A DNA stretch of 64,000 nt from Octopus vulgaris (GCA_951406725.2 OX597823.1:5456001-5520000), one strand, 5' to 3'. Positions 49,851-62,074 are shown, counted from the first letter of the stretch. A program made the numbers and translations. The notes: generated from the letters alone by a model not told the origin.

Positions 49851-50033
49851 ATGAGATAACATGGAGATACAAGTTGCTAAAAATCATCAGTGAAAATTCG
49901 AAAAAAACTTTTGACTCAACCTGGTGAGATAATTTGAAGTGGATTTTCTTAGTGGGAATGCATGATCCTGTACATATAAATACACAGATTATTGTGATGG
50001 TATACTGGAATGACACCATACATTTATAATAAA

Positions 50034-50319
50034 CTAGCAGTATCACCCGGCGTTGCTCGGGTTTGTAAGGGAAATAACTATATAAGCATTTTTGGAGAGT
50101 TACTTCCCTTATATAACCCGAGCAAAAATCATTAAAAATGCGGAAAAATGATGGTAATTTTTTTTTTTAATCGTAGACTCATCGTAGACGCGCGCTAATA
50201 CTCAGAAGGGCTCGATATGAATGACGACTATAAGATACCGCAAAATGTGGGAGTAGTTAGGAATCTAAATCGGAGGAGACAGAGTCTCACACACACAACT
50301 TCAATTTTATATATAAAGA
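50034..50319 (-). mobile_element. Complete non-autonomous Helitron (286 bp)
   Basis: Minus strand A|TCTTTATATATAAAATTGAAGTTGTGTG...CCCGAGCAACGCCGGG hairpin (50046-50061)...CTAG|T; inserted in an AT dinucleotide with no TSD. Confidence 0.9.
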
Positions 50320-50708
50320 TAAACTGCGTTACGGAAGTACCATATATTATTTCAGATGGAGTGTATAGTTCATATTTTGGTCAAGAGGATTGCTATCCTG
50401 TTAATCTAAGGCTGTGATCTGGGTAACTGCGGTAGGCTGAGTGGCGTATCTCCGCACTTTTGCTGAAAATTTAACATGCCTTTGATCCTTCTAGAAGAAT
50501 TGATTTAAATAATTAAAAAAAAAATGTTTCTTAAAGATAACATAAGACATTTTAGTTGTGAATTATGTATGCTGAGGAGGGAGGTATAATTGAGATGATG
50601 ACCCCCACCACCACTGTCACTGCCGACACACCGTTAGCAATTTTTCACAAGTTTGTGCAATCAGACTACGATAATTTGGTCTGTTTTCAATATTCTATTA
50701 TTTGTAGG

Positions 50709-51273
50709 GTGGCGAGCTGGCAGAAACGTTAGCATGCTGGGCGAAATGCGTAGCCGTATTTCGTTTGCCGTTACGTTCTGAGTTCAAATTCCGCCAAGGT
50801 CGACTTTGCCTTTCATCCTTTCGGGGTTGATAAATTAAGTACTAGTTACGCACTGGGATCGATGGAATCAACTTAATCCGTTTGTCCCCTCTGTGTTTAG
50901 CCCCTTGTGGGCAGTAAAGAAATAGGTATTTCGTCTGCCGCTACGTTCTGAGTTCAAATTCTGCCGAGGTCAACTTTGCCTTTCATCCTTTCGGGGTCGA
51001 TAAATTAAGTACTAGTTACGCACTGGGATCGATGGAATCAACTTAATCCTTTTGTCCCCTCTGTGTTTAGCCTCTTGTGGGTAGTAAAGAAATAGGTATT
51101 TCGTCTGCTGCTACGTTCAGAGTTCAAATTCTGCCGAGGTCGACTTTGCCTTTCATCCTTTTGGGGTTGATTAAATAAGTACCAGTTACGCACTGGGGTC
51201 AATATAATCGACTTAATCCCTTTGTCCGTGTTTGTCTCCTTTATGTTTAGCCCCCTGTGGGCAATAAAGAAAT
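50709..51273 (+). repeat. SINE with its body tandemly triplicated (170-bp period), followed by another SINE at ~51288-51465
   Basis: GTATTTCGT at 50756, 50926 and 51096; only the first unit has the A-box head. Confidence 0.9.
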
Positions 51274-52366
51274 GTTTTATTATTAGTAAGGTGGTGTGCT
51301 GGCAGTATCGTTAACGCGTTGGATAAAATGCTTAGCTGCATTTCTTCCAATTTTACGTTCTGAGATGAAATGCTGCCGGAGTCGACTTTGCCTCCCGTAA
51401 TTTTGGGGTCCATAAAATAAGTGCCAGTTGAGCACTGGGATCGATGTAATCAACTTGCCCCCCACTCTATCCTATGTCACTTGGTTTCCTGTCCACGACA
51501 CAGGGCAGTTTTTGTACCCATATACAAATGTACCAATTGAAAAATAAATCATAAAGCGCCTTATATGCCGGGAAATGTAGCAGGCCAAAACTGAAAGTAG
51601 TTGTTTAACCCCATTACATTGATACAACTTTTTATGTAAAACATTGCAATGGGGGTGGGGAGAGCTAAACTACAATACCTTAAAAAAGGAGACACCCTAT
51701 TGATCTCACGACTCTAGAGGTATGAAATAAAAAGAACCTGACATGATTTGAATTCAAAATTAATAAAGCAGCTACTATATGTGCCAGTTTTACTTTAGCC
51801 CTTTGGAATAAATTACAGTTTTTGCTTTTTATTTATTTTTTTTTAAGAGATCGGGGCTTTTCTTTTTCTTTTGCAGGAAATGACTAAAATAATTTGAAAC
51901 AACCTAAATCTTAGATATATTTCAACCAAAATTGGCCCACGCTATGTCTTAGTCACACCACCTAACAGTCATTTTTAAGCTAAGTTTTGTTGTAGCATAG
52001 TCCATCCAAGTAGGGATGTATCTTAATATAGGTGATTTGGTTGATATCCCTTAAAGAAATTTAGCTAGTCATTGTTTACAATGAGGGCATGACTTTTGAG
52101 TTTTCACTGATGCATCTTGTGTTGAAAAGTTTCCCAGATGTATGAAACCGGATCCATATTCCATATGGACACTCACTAAAAGCCACTTATGCATGCGATT
52201 ACTTTCATGCAGTTTACCTTGACCAAATCCCTTAACATGTCATTGGTTGGTTTGATTTTATTAATAGAGAATGTACCTAAAGTATTGTGCAGCAGGACTG
52301 ACACTAAAATCACGTGGCAAAGTAAACTTAATCCCATGGCCACACCTGCATCAGTATGTATGTATG

Positions 52367-52421
<55 letters not shown>

Positions 52422-52585
52422 AGATAGGGGTTGAAAATTCAACCCACCATGGGATAATATATATCCAATATTATATATATCCAATATATATCCAATATTA
52501 TATATATCCAGTTATTTCGATCTTGAAAGGATGGACTTGGTGCTAACTTAACTGTATCTATTTTTAGTATTTTTTATTATTATTA

Positions 52586-52623
<38 letters not shown>

Positions 52624-52967
52624 AGTAATTTTTATTAACTTTTATAGCTTTAGAATTTTATGAACTGTACCACGGATTTAATTATTATTTTTCATCTCCA
52701 TATGTGTTAGCCCTTTTTTTTTTTTTTTATAAAAAAACTATTAGCCAAATATGTATAATATCGGTACTTATTAATATTAATATATACACTGTTATATATT
52801 TTGTTTTATATTGTTCTGTTTACCTTCCTTTTTGTACAAATGTGTATTATATTATATAAGTGTAGCATTATGATGTATAAGTTTTTATATTTTACATTTT
52901 TATATTTTTATATTTATATGTATATGATTATATAATATTTTTCACTATTATAACAAATTTAATTTAA

Positions 52968-53079
52968 TTCTCTGAAGAGGCCGTGGGGCATCCTTGTTAA
53001 TGCCTCATTTATACCTGCCTTTATGGCTTATAGGTTAAATGAGGTATGACTGTCCTCACTGCCGAAACAGCTGTCAGTT
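52968..53079 (+). ncRNA. Type I hammerhead ribozyme motif with a long structured stem II
   Basis: CTGAAGA (52972-52978)-GGC...GCC-GAAA (53064-53067)-CAGCTG-TC (cleavage after 53075); palindromic stem III ACAGCTGT; stem I only ~2 bp (CT/AG). Confidence 0.65.
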
Positions 53080-53278
53080 TTGATTTATTTGCATATTATA
53101 TTTGAAATTTTACTTATATCTCTTTATCTTTTTACTTTTACTATTACTGTATATCTCATTTCATTTTATATATTGCCTTTACTCATATGTAATGGTGTAT
53201 TAAAGTATGGATTGAGTATCATCGGATAGTTGATGTTTTACTGATTTAAGTATGTTTCTCCATTCTCTAATTTTGTAG

Positions 53279-53316
<38 letters not shown>

Positions 53317-53811
53317 AAAAAATGAAGTTCGAAAATGCTGCTGTATTATACAATTTTTAATTTTTATATATACATTATAACATGTTTCAGTTCCTGAAAT
53401 GAACTTTATCAAAAAAAGTTATATATAAAAAAAGACAGCTCATGCCGTCAAACACAAGAAATTCATTTATAATACACAACGGAGTCAGACATCTTAGAGT
53501 TCATGTATAGTTGATATATAGTTTGAAGTATATGTTCAAAGTGTTCGATGCAGTGGCCCACGGTGGCGATACGTATTCAATACAAAAAACAGATCAAAGT
53601 GGTGGAAAGCGGTCAATACAGAAGATTGATGTTTCCGAAAGAGCGAGGAATTCATTTTTACCTTAAGCAAATGTGATGACCCATGGTGGATGTTCGCTGG
53701 GTGGTTCTAATGAGTTTTTGTGAAGTGCTCGGTTTTATAATGCTTGTTAGGTGGTCAATTTGCGTAGCGTGACGTCATCAACGTTTTGACCAATCGTTTC
53801 GTTAGGTGGCT

Positions 53812-54022
53812 TTAGTCAAGTAGAACGGGACGTCATCATTATTTTGACCAATCGCTGCATTATAACTGCCTCTTGTTTGTTTCCTGTTTTGACCAGTCGC
53901 TTCGTTAGTCAAGTAGAACGGGACGTCATCATTATTTTGACCAATCGCTGCATTATAACTGCCTCTTGTTTGTTTCCTGTTTTGACCAGTCGCTTCGTTA
54001 GTCAAGCAGAACGGGACGTCAT
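53812..54022. repeat. 93-bp tandem repeat, ~2.3 units
   Basis: TTAGTCAAG at 53812, 53905 and 53998; units 1 and 2 identical by eye. Confidence 0.95.
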
Positions 54023-54365
54023 GCAGATTCTGCCCAATCACGACTTATAGCTACATTAGATCTGCCCCCTGTCTGTACTTGTTAGGTGACTATTCAAGCA
54101 GAAAAGGACGTCATCAATATTCTGACTAATGACTGTCCCCTGTTTGTATCCTGTCCATTCTAGCTGAGCTAGACGTCATCAACTTGTTGACCAATCAGAA
54201 TCGGGTCTGACCCTTAGCTGTATCGTATGTATCAGGGTCAGATTTGCACGAAAGAATTTTTTTTTCTTTTTTACTTAGGCATATTTCCGTCAGAGTGAGT
54301 GTCTGTTTGAAGTAGCGGCCGTGGTGGAATTTTGCTTCTCCTTTTCAGAGGACTTATCTTTTGTT

Positions 54366-54848
54366 TTAGTATTCCTGGCCCAGGGTGTTTAAACTTGGTC
54401 TAAATTTTTTTATGAAATATAGTTCTTTATTTTGGCGTTGTGTGAAGGTTGCGTTGTCACTGAATTTATAGAGCGGGTTAGTTGTAAATTTCGGATTTAC
54501 ATTTCCAGCACATCTATCTATGTGTCCGCTGACCGGTATTTTGCGGTAATCAGGGTTTCTAATTTGTGATTTATGCACCGCCATCCTGTTACGTAAGCTA
54601 TTTTTTGTATGGCCTATATACTGCCTATTGCAGCCTGCGCATGTTATGACGTAAATTAAGTTTTCTGATGCGCAGGTGAAGTTTGTTCTAATGGTGAACT
54701 GGTGGCCTTGTTCCAGTATAAATTCTGATCCTTCTTTCAAGATGGCACAGATTCCGCAGTTGGGCCTTCCACATTTTCTAACTGCTGGTTTTGTGGTTGA
54801 TGTTGAGTGCAGTGTAGCTTGGGTTAAAATCCTTTTCAAGGATTTTGG
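54366..54848 (-). mobile_element. Penelope-like element C-terminus: Cys-knuckle plus GIY-YIG endonuclease, 5'-truncated
   Basis: PKSLKRIL..A, KCGRPNCGIC, FTCASENLIYVITCAGCNRQYIGHT...RMAVHKS, PVSGH, KELYFIKKF.P.LN; open frame. Confidence 0.9.
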
Positions 54849-54934
54849 ATATATATATATATATATCCACTCACATACATGCATGTGCACACACACATTG
54901 ACGTGCACGTGCACATACACCTCTCTCTCTCTCT

Positions 54935-55215
54935 TTCAAATATATATCATCTGTGGCTCATATATCCAAAAAAGAAGCCAGAGTTCTATATAAATGGGAG
55001 CAGACAATGCAAGCTTTTTATAGCAGAGCGAGCAAGGATCCTTAAAAATTCATGGGACCTGGAATCTCTCTTGAACACAAGACATGAGATCTATAGTTCC
55101 TGCCCCCATTTCAAACTCTACCTGCTGCAGGCTTGGGAGTCCCCGTTTGTCGATTAGAGCTGAAAAAAGTCCTTGCAGACCAGAAACGGGTGGTGATTCA
55201 CTGTTAATCCTTTGG
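54935..55215 (+). mobile_element. Second PLE (Neptune-type) extreme C-terminus with a degenerate hammerhead-like tail
   Basis: Y.NGSRQCKL..AE...I....LLNTRHEIYSSCPH..YLL, then CTGAAAA..GTC..GAC..GAAAC. Confidence 0.6.
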
Positions 55216-55755
55216 GTCCATACGATTTGTCATCCGGACTGGTCTAAGGGAGATAACTCAATCTGTTTAAAGCTCCATCAGTGTATATTATTCTTGGTTT
55301 ATAAATTAACTGACTGCAACGGTTTTCTACTTTCAGTTAGAAGAGAGATTATATGCCCTCTGTCATTAGAGTCTCACGAGTTGTCTATAAATCTAAGCGC
55401 TTTATAGATGCAAAATCATTGGTCACTCTATGACCAGACATATGTTTAACTGCATGTGTGTGTATATATATATATATAGTTTCTGTACATGTGGTTGCTC
55501 AAAAGACTTTGAACAGAATAAACCTAACCACACATGCCCACCCTCTCACTCACTCGAATAAATGTTAACAAAGCAATTTTGTATGTATATTTCAATTTGC
55601 CCTATCTTAGTGGGTTTACAGCCAGCTTTGCGCACATATCATTCAACTTCCTTCCATACATGTGTATCCAGGGGAAAAAAATAATAATTTTCATGTTTTG
55701 GGTCCGGTAATAAGTACAAACAAAAAAAAATATTAATCCAAAATATGAACATATG

Positions 55756-55891
55756 ATTTTAATCGTCAGAAGTTACAAAAGTAATTCAAGCACCAAGAGT
55801 TTCGTGCATGGCACTTCTCAAACTTTAAGAAGTGCCCATGTACGATACTCTCAATCCTTAAGTCACTTTGTAACTTCTGCCAATTTAAAAT
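55756..55891. repeat. ~63-bp imperfect inverted repeat
   Basis: CAGAAGTTACAAA...AGAGTTTCGTGCATGGCACTTCT versus AGAAGTGCCCATGTACGATACTCT...TTTGTAACTTCTG. Confidence 0.8.
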
Positions 55892-58629
55892 TTTGTTAAA
55901 TGTTTGTAATATATATATATATATTATCCAAAGTGTACAGTATTATATATCCATCATGGATATGTACATTTCAAATAATATAGCCACTCTATCGACAGAT
56001 ATATCAGTGCATCTTTTTCCTGATTTATGGACATGTAGATGACTTACCTGTGTATGTGTGTGTAATGAACATGCATTTTACCAACAAATGTATAAAACCA
56101 TTTCATATGCTAAATAATAAAAAAAATACCTATAGTTTTTGTTTTATTAGCTAACCATGTGTGTTACAATGATCATAAATCTATAGGCAACCTTCTTATT
56201 GCACATTATCTCACACACAAGCAATGTGTTTCACATGTTGCTCATGCTGGTAGACGGAAACTAAAACAATAAATGGAGTGAGTGAGATGGTGAATTGCAG
56301 TGAGAGGTTTTGCTCTGAACTCGCTGGTATTCAAAATGGACTATCTTTCGGAGATGGTACATGATACCATTCATCCACATGTAGCAAGAATATTCAGTAA
56401 TCACAGATGTCGTGATTCTCTGGAATGTTGCCCACATGATCAATGAATATGACCAATTGCAACTTCACCAGGAAAGAATATTACCCACATAATCAACAAT
56501 ATCCAGCCAATCATGAGTTCACATGGAATAGGCTCCAGTGACCCATATCAATTTCTGGTGCGCGCCTTTTGGAGTCTCTCAATTGGTATAAAATGAAATA
56601 CACATGCGACACCACCCAGAAAGTTTTGGAATGTAGCAGAAAGAGCATGAGACAAGGTACGTGGATGGTGAACAGAGACGGCAGAACTGAATCAAGTTAA
56701 TATCATCATAAGGAAGAATCGGCCAGTGACATAACAACTAGCAGTAAACTTTTCAAATACTATTACAATAACATCCACACTCTCTTAAGAGATATAAAGT
56801 TCTTTCATGAAAACCTTAACAGATTTCATTTTTTTTTTCTATGTACAACTGACCTCCAATGCTAGAAATAAAAGCCAGCATCCCATAGCCAACAATCAGC
56901 TCCTAGTGTTTAGCCAATAAGCTCAAGCACAAGTGATATTCTTTTATACCAGCCATATACATAATCTTCTCTCATATACAAAGAGTTTAGGCTGAAAAAG
57001 AGGATGAATGACATCTTCTCATACTGACACTCTGAAGGCCATATCGATGGATCGCATTCAAAATGAAAGTGCAAATTTTTATTGTTAATTATCTCTCTCT
57101 CTCTTTCACACATGCACAAACACACATACATATTCCTTTTTTCTCATTCATTTGTTTTTTGCCACTCTTGGCAGAAACACTTATTACAAGTAAAGTTTTT
57201 GACTAACTACAGCTGCATGAGCAATGTTTCCAAGTCTGTCTTTGAAATGGGAAATAGTTGACAAAACTGATTACAGTGATCTTTCTAAGAAATGTAAATA
57301 AACGTGTGTGCACACATTCACACACATGCTTAGACGTATGTATAAATATATGTGTGTATGTATGCATATATGAATGTGTGCATATATGTCTATATAATGT
57401 GTGCACGTATATGTATATATGTGTGTGTGTGTGAATTTATATATATATATATATATATATGGATCGAAACAATTTGATTGAAATTCATTGGTACTCTTGA
57501 GTTTCAAGTGTGATGCTAGTCTTCAGCTGTTTTGAATTTGAATGACAGAAGTTGATTATTATTATTGTAAGGTGGGCTGCGATTGGTCAAGGAAGGTCAC
57601 GAGGTGTCGTGGTTTGCTGTGGTATATTAGTAACAGTTAGTTGGAAAATACCATGTGATGGATAGGTTGTTGGATGGGATGTAGGAAGGGGCAGTATGTA
57701 CAAGTATATAACTGTATATGTGAGTGTGTAGACATGCTCATATGGTTTTGCATGCATATCTGTATTGATGCAAACATACATATGAATGATCATGTGCACA
57801 CATACACACACAGGCATACACATGTACTCACACACACACATGCATATACATGTATATAGTCATGCATGCATTCGCATAACAAGCATTGGGGATTGGTAAT
57901 TGGTGGTCCTGCTCATGGGGTTAATTGGTGGGGGTGACCTTGGTGCAGGTGATGTGGAGTTGCAGCTGGTACTAAGGTGGTACATCTGGGCTGTCGGCAG
58001 TCAGAAGTCTGAAATTTGCCAGAAGGGCATACCTCTGGTGACAGCAATAAGATAAATCATATTTCTTGTTGGGTTGTTGGAGTATATGCAGTATTTCACG
58101 GAGGCAGAGCTGGCAGTTGGGGGCGCCTGGTGAATATGGCAGCACTCAGTGCTTTTTACTAGCACAGGCAAGATTATTTTTGGGACGATTTTTACAGCTG
58201 GATGCATTTCCAATTACCAACAACATTACAGTGTGGGCTGGATGTTTCTATCGTGGAACCAGCACTGGTAGGGTAACATGAGAGGGAAGAGAGAGAGAGA
58301 GTTGGGAGTTACCATTGGTTTCGTATCTATTATGCTCTCAACAATATAGGCGGCTTATCAGACCTACTGGCTGGAGGCACATAAACTCTCTCCTACTGGA
58401 GATAGGAATACAGTCTTGTCAGTCAGCATTGTGAAAAAAGAACCCCAAAATGAAGTTCTGTTAAGCGATATCCCTTTTGGGCAAGATGAAGTTATCTCCC
58501 TTTGACTGACTCCAGTTTTCCAGTTGCATCCCCCCAAAAAAAAGTATCAGCATATGCACGATTCCTGTTTTCTAGTCAGTAAACAGGGAATTCCATATCT
58601 CTAACATGAATATAGACATTGTGTGTGTG

Positions 58630-59650
58630 TCTAAGGTACATATTTAATGCCTTTTCAACTCTATTCATTATTTCTTGTAGTCCGGCTTCAGTCTTGGCAA
58701 GTAGAACCGTATCATCTGTGTACTTTAGATTAGAAATATGCAAGTCATTTATTTTGATGCCATCTTCTTGTATTACTTCTCACATTATCCTCTCAGTGTA
58801 GATGTTGAACAAGCCTGGGGAAAGAATACAACTCTGACAAACTCCTTTCCCATTTTTGAACTTTTCTGTATTCTCATTATTTACTTGGATGCAGGACTCT
58901 TATTGAATGTTTAAGCTGCTTGATGAGTCCAATGAGTTGTTTCAGAATGCTGAAATTAGACATGATGCACAGTCAAAGGCCTTTCTGCAGTAGATTTTGT
59001 AAAGGAAAGTTGCATGGTTGGTTCTAAAATTGTGTGGAGATTGTGCAGATGACCTGTCTGCTTTTAAAGCCAGCCTGTAATTTAGTTATTTCTTGTTAAA
59101 GGAAGGAATGGTTTCAAATATTCTAGGACAGTACTTGTATGTGGTATCAGAGTGATTGTTTGATAATTCTCATGCATAAGTAGGTTTCCCACTTTGTGTA
59201 TGGGCACATATTCTGCAGTGCACCAATCTGACAGCATCTCTTCCTCTCTCTAGATCTTACAGCAGATGTAATGGAGTTTTGGTATTACACTCTCTCCTCC
59301 ACCCTGTTCAACTGGCATTGTATTAAGACCTGTTGCTTTCTGATTCTTTTATCTTTTTGAACTCTTTCTACCTAAGTTCTTAGTAGTTCAAGTTCTTTCT
59401 TATACTCCAAATTAGTGTCAATCATGGTGACCATTGGATCACTTTCATACAATTTCTTGGTGTACTCTAACCATCTTTGCACTACTTGTTGTGCTGCTGT
59501 TAAAATTCTTCCATCTTGTGAATTGATACTGACCATCTTTGCAGAGTATTCCTCTTTGAGTTCCTTCACCTATTGGAAAAGACCTTTTGAGCTATGGTCT
59601 CTTTTTGTTCCTGATTTTCACACAAATTGCTTATCTAGTTGTTTTTATCT
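58630..59650 (-). mobile_element. RTE-clade LINE RT fragment (degraded)
   Basis: Minus-strand RW.EY...LY, KATGL..IP.EL-like, VRQ(G)CILSP.LFNIYTE.IM, ISNLKYTDDTVLLA.TE..LQ. Confidence 0.75.
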
Positions 59651-59669
59651 TTCTGACATTGTTTGTTAC

Positions 59670-60330
59670 TATTCTGATTGTCAAAACTGAAGCAACACTA
59701 CAAGAAATGGTAAATAGTTGAGAAAGCATCAAATAAGCATGGTTTTTATCTTAACCATAAGAAAACAAATGTCATGGTATTAGGAAAAGAGGAAGTAAAT
59801 GCTAACATCTATCTGGGCAGTGAGAGGTTCAAACAGGTTGAATTGTCCAAGTATCTTGGAGCACAAATCATTGATGAAGCCACATGTAAGAAAAAAAATT
59901 GAGACACAGCTAGCCATGGCAAGAATGTTCATGGAAAAACTTAACATCTGGAGCAGTGAAAGTGTCCCAACTAAGTTAAAAAGAAAGCTGTTGCGAGAAT
60001 TCCTTTGGCTAATAGGTATGTAGGGTTGCAAAGCATGGACTATGAACTAATTTGAAGAGTGAGTGTATAGGAGAATATTATGAATCTCTTACAAGAACCA
60101 TTGCCAAATGAATGAGTGTTACAAGTAGGTGAAAGATGACAATCCTGAACAATGTAAAAAAAGCAAAAGTTCAATTGTCATGGCCATATTTGAAGAAGCA
60201 GAGGTATGGAAAACATGATTATGAAAAGAAAAAGTAGAGGGTGGAAGATCATGAGGCAGGTAAAGAACACAATACATGGTTGGACAAAAGTGACAAGACA
60301 GCTGGAGAACTCTGGCTTAATCAGGAAGAT
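59670..60330 (+). mobile_element. RTE-clade LINE 3' fragment in the opposite orientation
   Basis: KTEATLQE, KQVE..KYLG, IETQLAMAR..F.EKL.IW.S..VP.KLK.KL, Y/GC.AW, GHI.R, EG.RS.GR.R. Confidence 0.7.
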
Positions 60331-60344
60331 TTAACTTGATTGAT

Positions 60345-60712
60345 ACATGAGTTCATCAACTCAGAGGGATGAAAGGCAAAGTTGACCCTAGTGGAATTTG
60401 AATTCAGAGATTGATGAATCAGAAGAAACACCACTAGGCATTTATTTTGAGGCTCTAATGATTCTGCCTGCTCACCACCTTAAATAAAAATAGTAATAGT
60501 TTCAAATTTTTGCACAAGGCCAGCAATTTTAGGGAGGGTGGGTAAATTAATTACATCAACCTCAGTGCTCAACTATTATTTTATCAACTCTAAAAGGGTG
60601 AACGGCAAAGTTAATCTCTGCAAGCTTTGAACTCAGAATGTAAAGAACTAGAAGAAATGCTAGTAATCATTTTGTTCAATGCTCTAACAATTCTGCCAGC
60701 TCAATGCCTTAA
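60345..60712 (-). mobile_element. Two head-to-tail SINE copies
   Basis: GATGAAAGGCAAAGTTGAC...GAATTTGAA...TTCTGCC.GCTCA..CCTTAA, present twice. Confidence 0.75.
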
Positions 60713-61334
60713 ATATTGATGATGATATTATTATTTTCTATTTCAGAATTATTTTATCTGTTCAGTCTGAACAGTTACCATATTCCAAACACCAAACAGA
60801 ATAACAGGGATGGAGTGCCACTAGCCTTATTGTTTGTTTCTTCAGCTTTACAATGCCTTTTTCAAATTTTAACTTCAAATACTCAAAATGGCGTGGAATT
60901 TCCGTTATTTTAGGCGGCATAATTGTACATTTGGCTCTGGGAAGCAGCTATATTATCGGTAAGTGTTACATTGTTTTTCCTTAGGTTTGTTCTGTTCCAG
61001 TTGACCTATGATCAAAAAGGTCTTCTGAACAGGTTTTTTTCTACCATTCCATGTTATTTTCAGACATAGTATATCCAGGACTATATTAATGGAGCACTTC
61101 TTTAAGATGGTTGGATATAATTTAATAGATTTAGCTTTCATTTATGGCTGATCAAGTAACCATGTAGAAGCTTCCTCATTGGTTCAAAACAATATTGATT
61201 TTGTAGTCTTGTGTCAGCTCTTTTTGTGCAGAATGCTGTTGTTGTTATTTCTCTTTTGCAGTGTAGGCATAGCCAAATAGTTAACAAGCTTTGTACATAT
61301 GAAGTCTTGAACTCTGTCTCACTATATAATGCTT

Positions 61335-61929
61335 TGGAGAAATGTTTTCTGTCACAGTCTCAATTTGGCCTTGGCCCTTATGATGGAAATCATAAGCCGC
61401 TCTCCAGCCATCTATTTAAAACTGTATACAGCTATGGTACGACCACACTTGGAATTCGCATCATCAGTTTGGAACCCCTATCTTGCTCAGAACATTGACC
61501 TCCTGGAATCTGTCCAGAGACGTGCAACCAAACGCATACCCTCCATCAGACACCTACCATATTCTGAGCGCCTTGTTTCCCTGGGCATGGATTCACTGAA
61601 GCTCCGGCGTCTGGCGACAGACTTGGTAAACACCCACAAAGTTATCAACCACCTCACCAACAACAACACTGAACACCTTTTTGATCTCCATGTGTCTAGC
61701 ACACGTGGACATGCCTACAAAGTCAGAAAACAACACAGCTCCCATGACTTTCGGAAACATTTTTTCACGCTCAGAGTTGCTGAAGCATGGAATAAACTGC
61801 CTGCGTCAGTTGTTGACTGCCATGACACTGCATCCTTTAAGGCCCTCATGCTTTCCGAAATCCGCCGAAACTACACCTGATTATATATACACTTTAGATG
61901 AGTTGTAGTGCACCTGAGCACTGTACACA

Positions 61930-61976
<47 letters not shown>
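61335..61976 (+). mobile_element. CR1-clade LINE 3' fragment with (ATT)n tail
   Basis: ORF 61329..61880: LKLYTAMVRPHLEFASSVWNP, LESVQRRATK, YSERL..L...SL..RR, TRGH.YK, RKHFF..RV..WN.LP. Confidence 0.9.
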
Positions 61977-61977
<1 letters not shown>

Positions 61978-62074
61978 AATTGTGAGACAGTCTGTATGAA
62001 ACTTAGTCAGATGGACTGTTCTTGTAATTCAAAATTGTTCTTTCTTGGACACTAATTTCAAAATTAATAATATA

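Noticed and set aside
53802-54050. Repetitive ORFs on both strands (31-aa repeat)
   Set aside because: By-product of a 93-bp (multiple of 3) tandem repeat; no protein signature.
56230-56730. Moderate-GC unique-looking block with a short internal repeat (GAAT.TT.CCCACAT.ATCAA)
   Set aside because: No sustained open frame, splice pair or recognisable family; cannot support a call.
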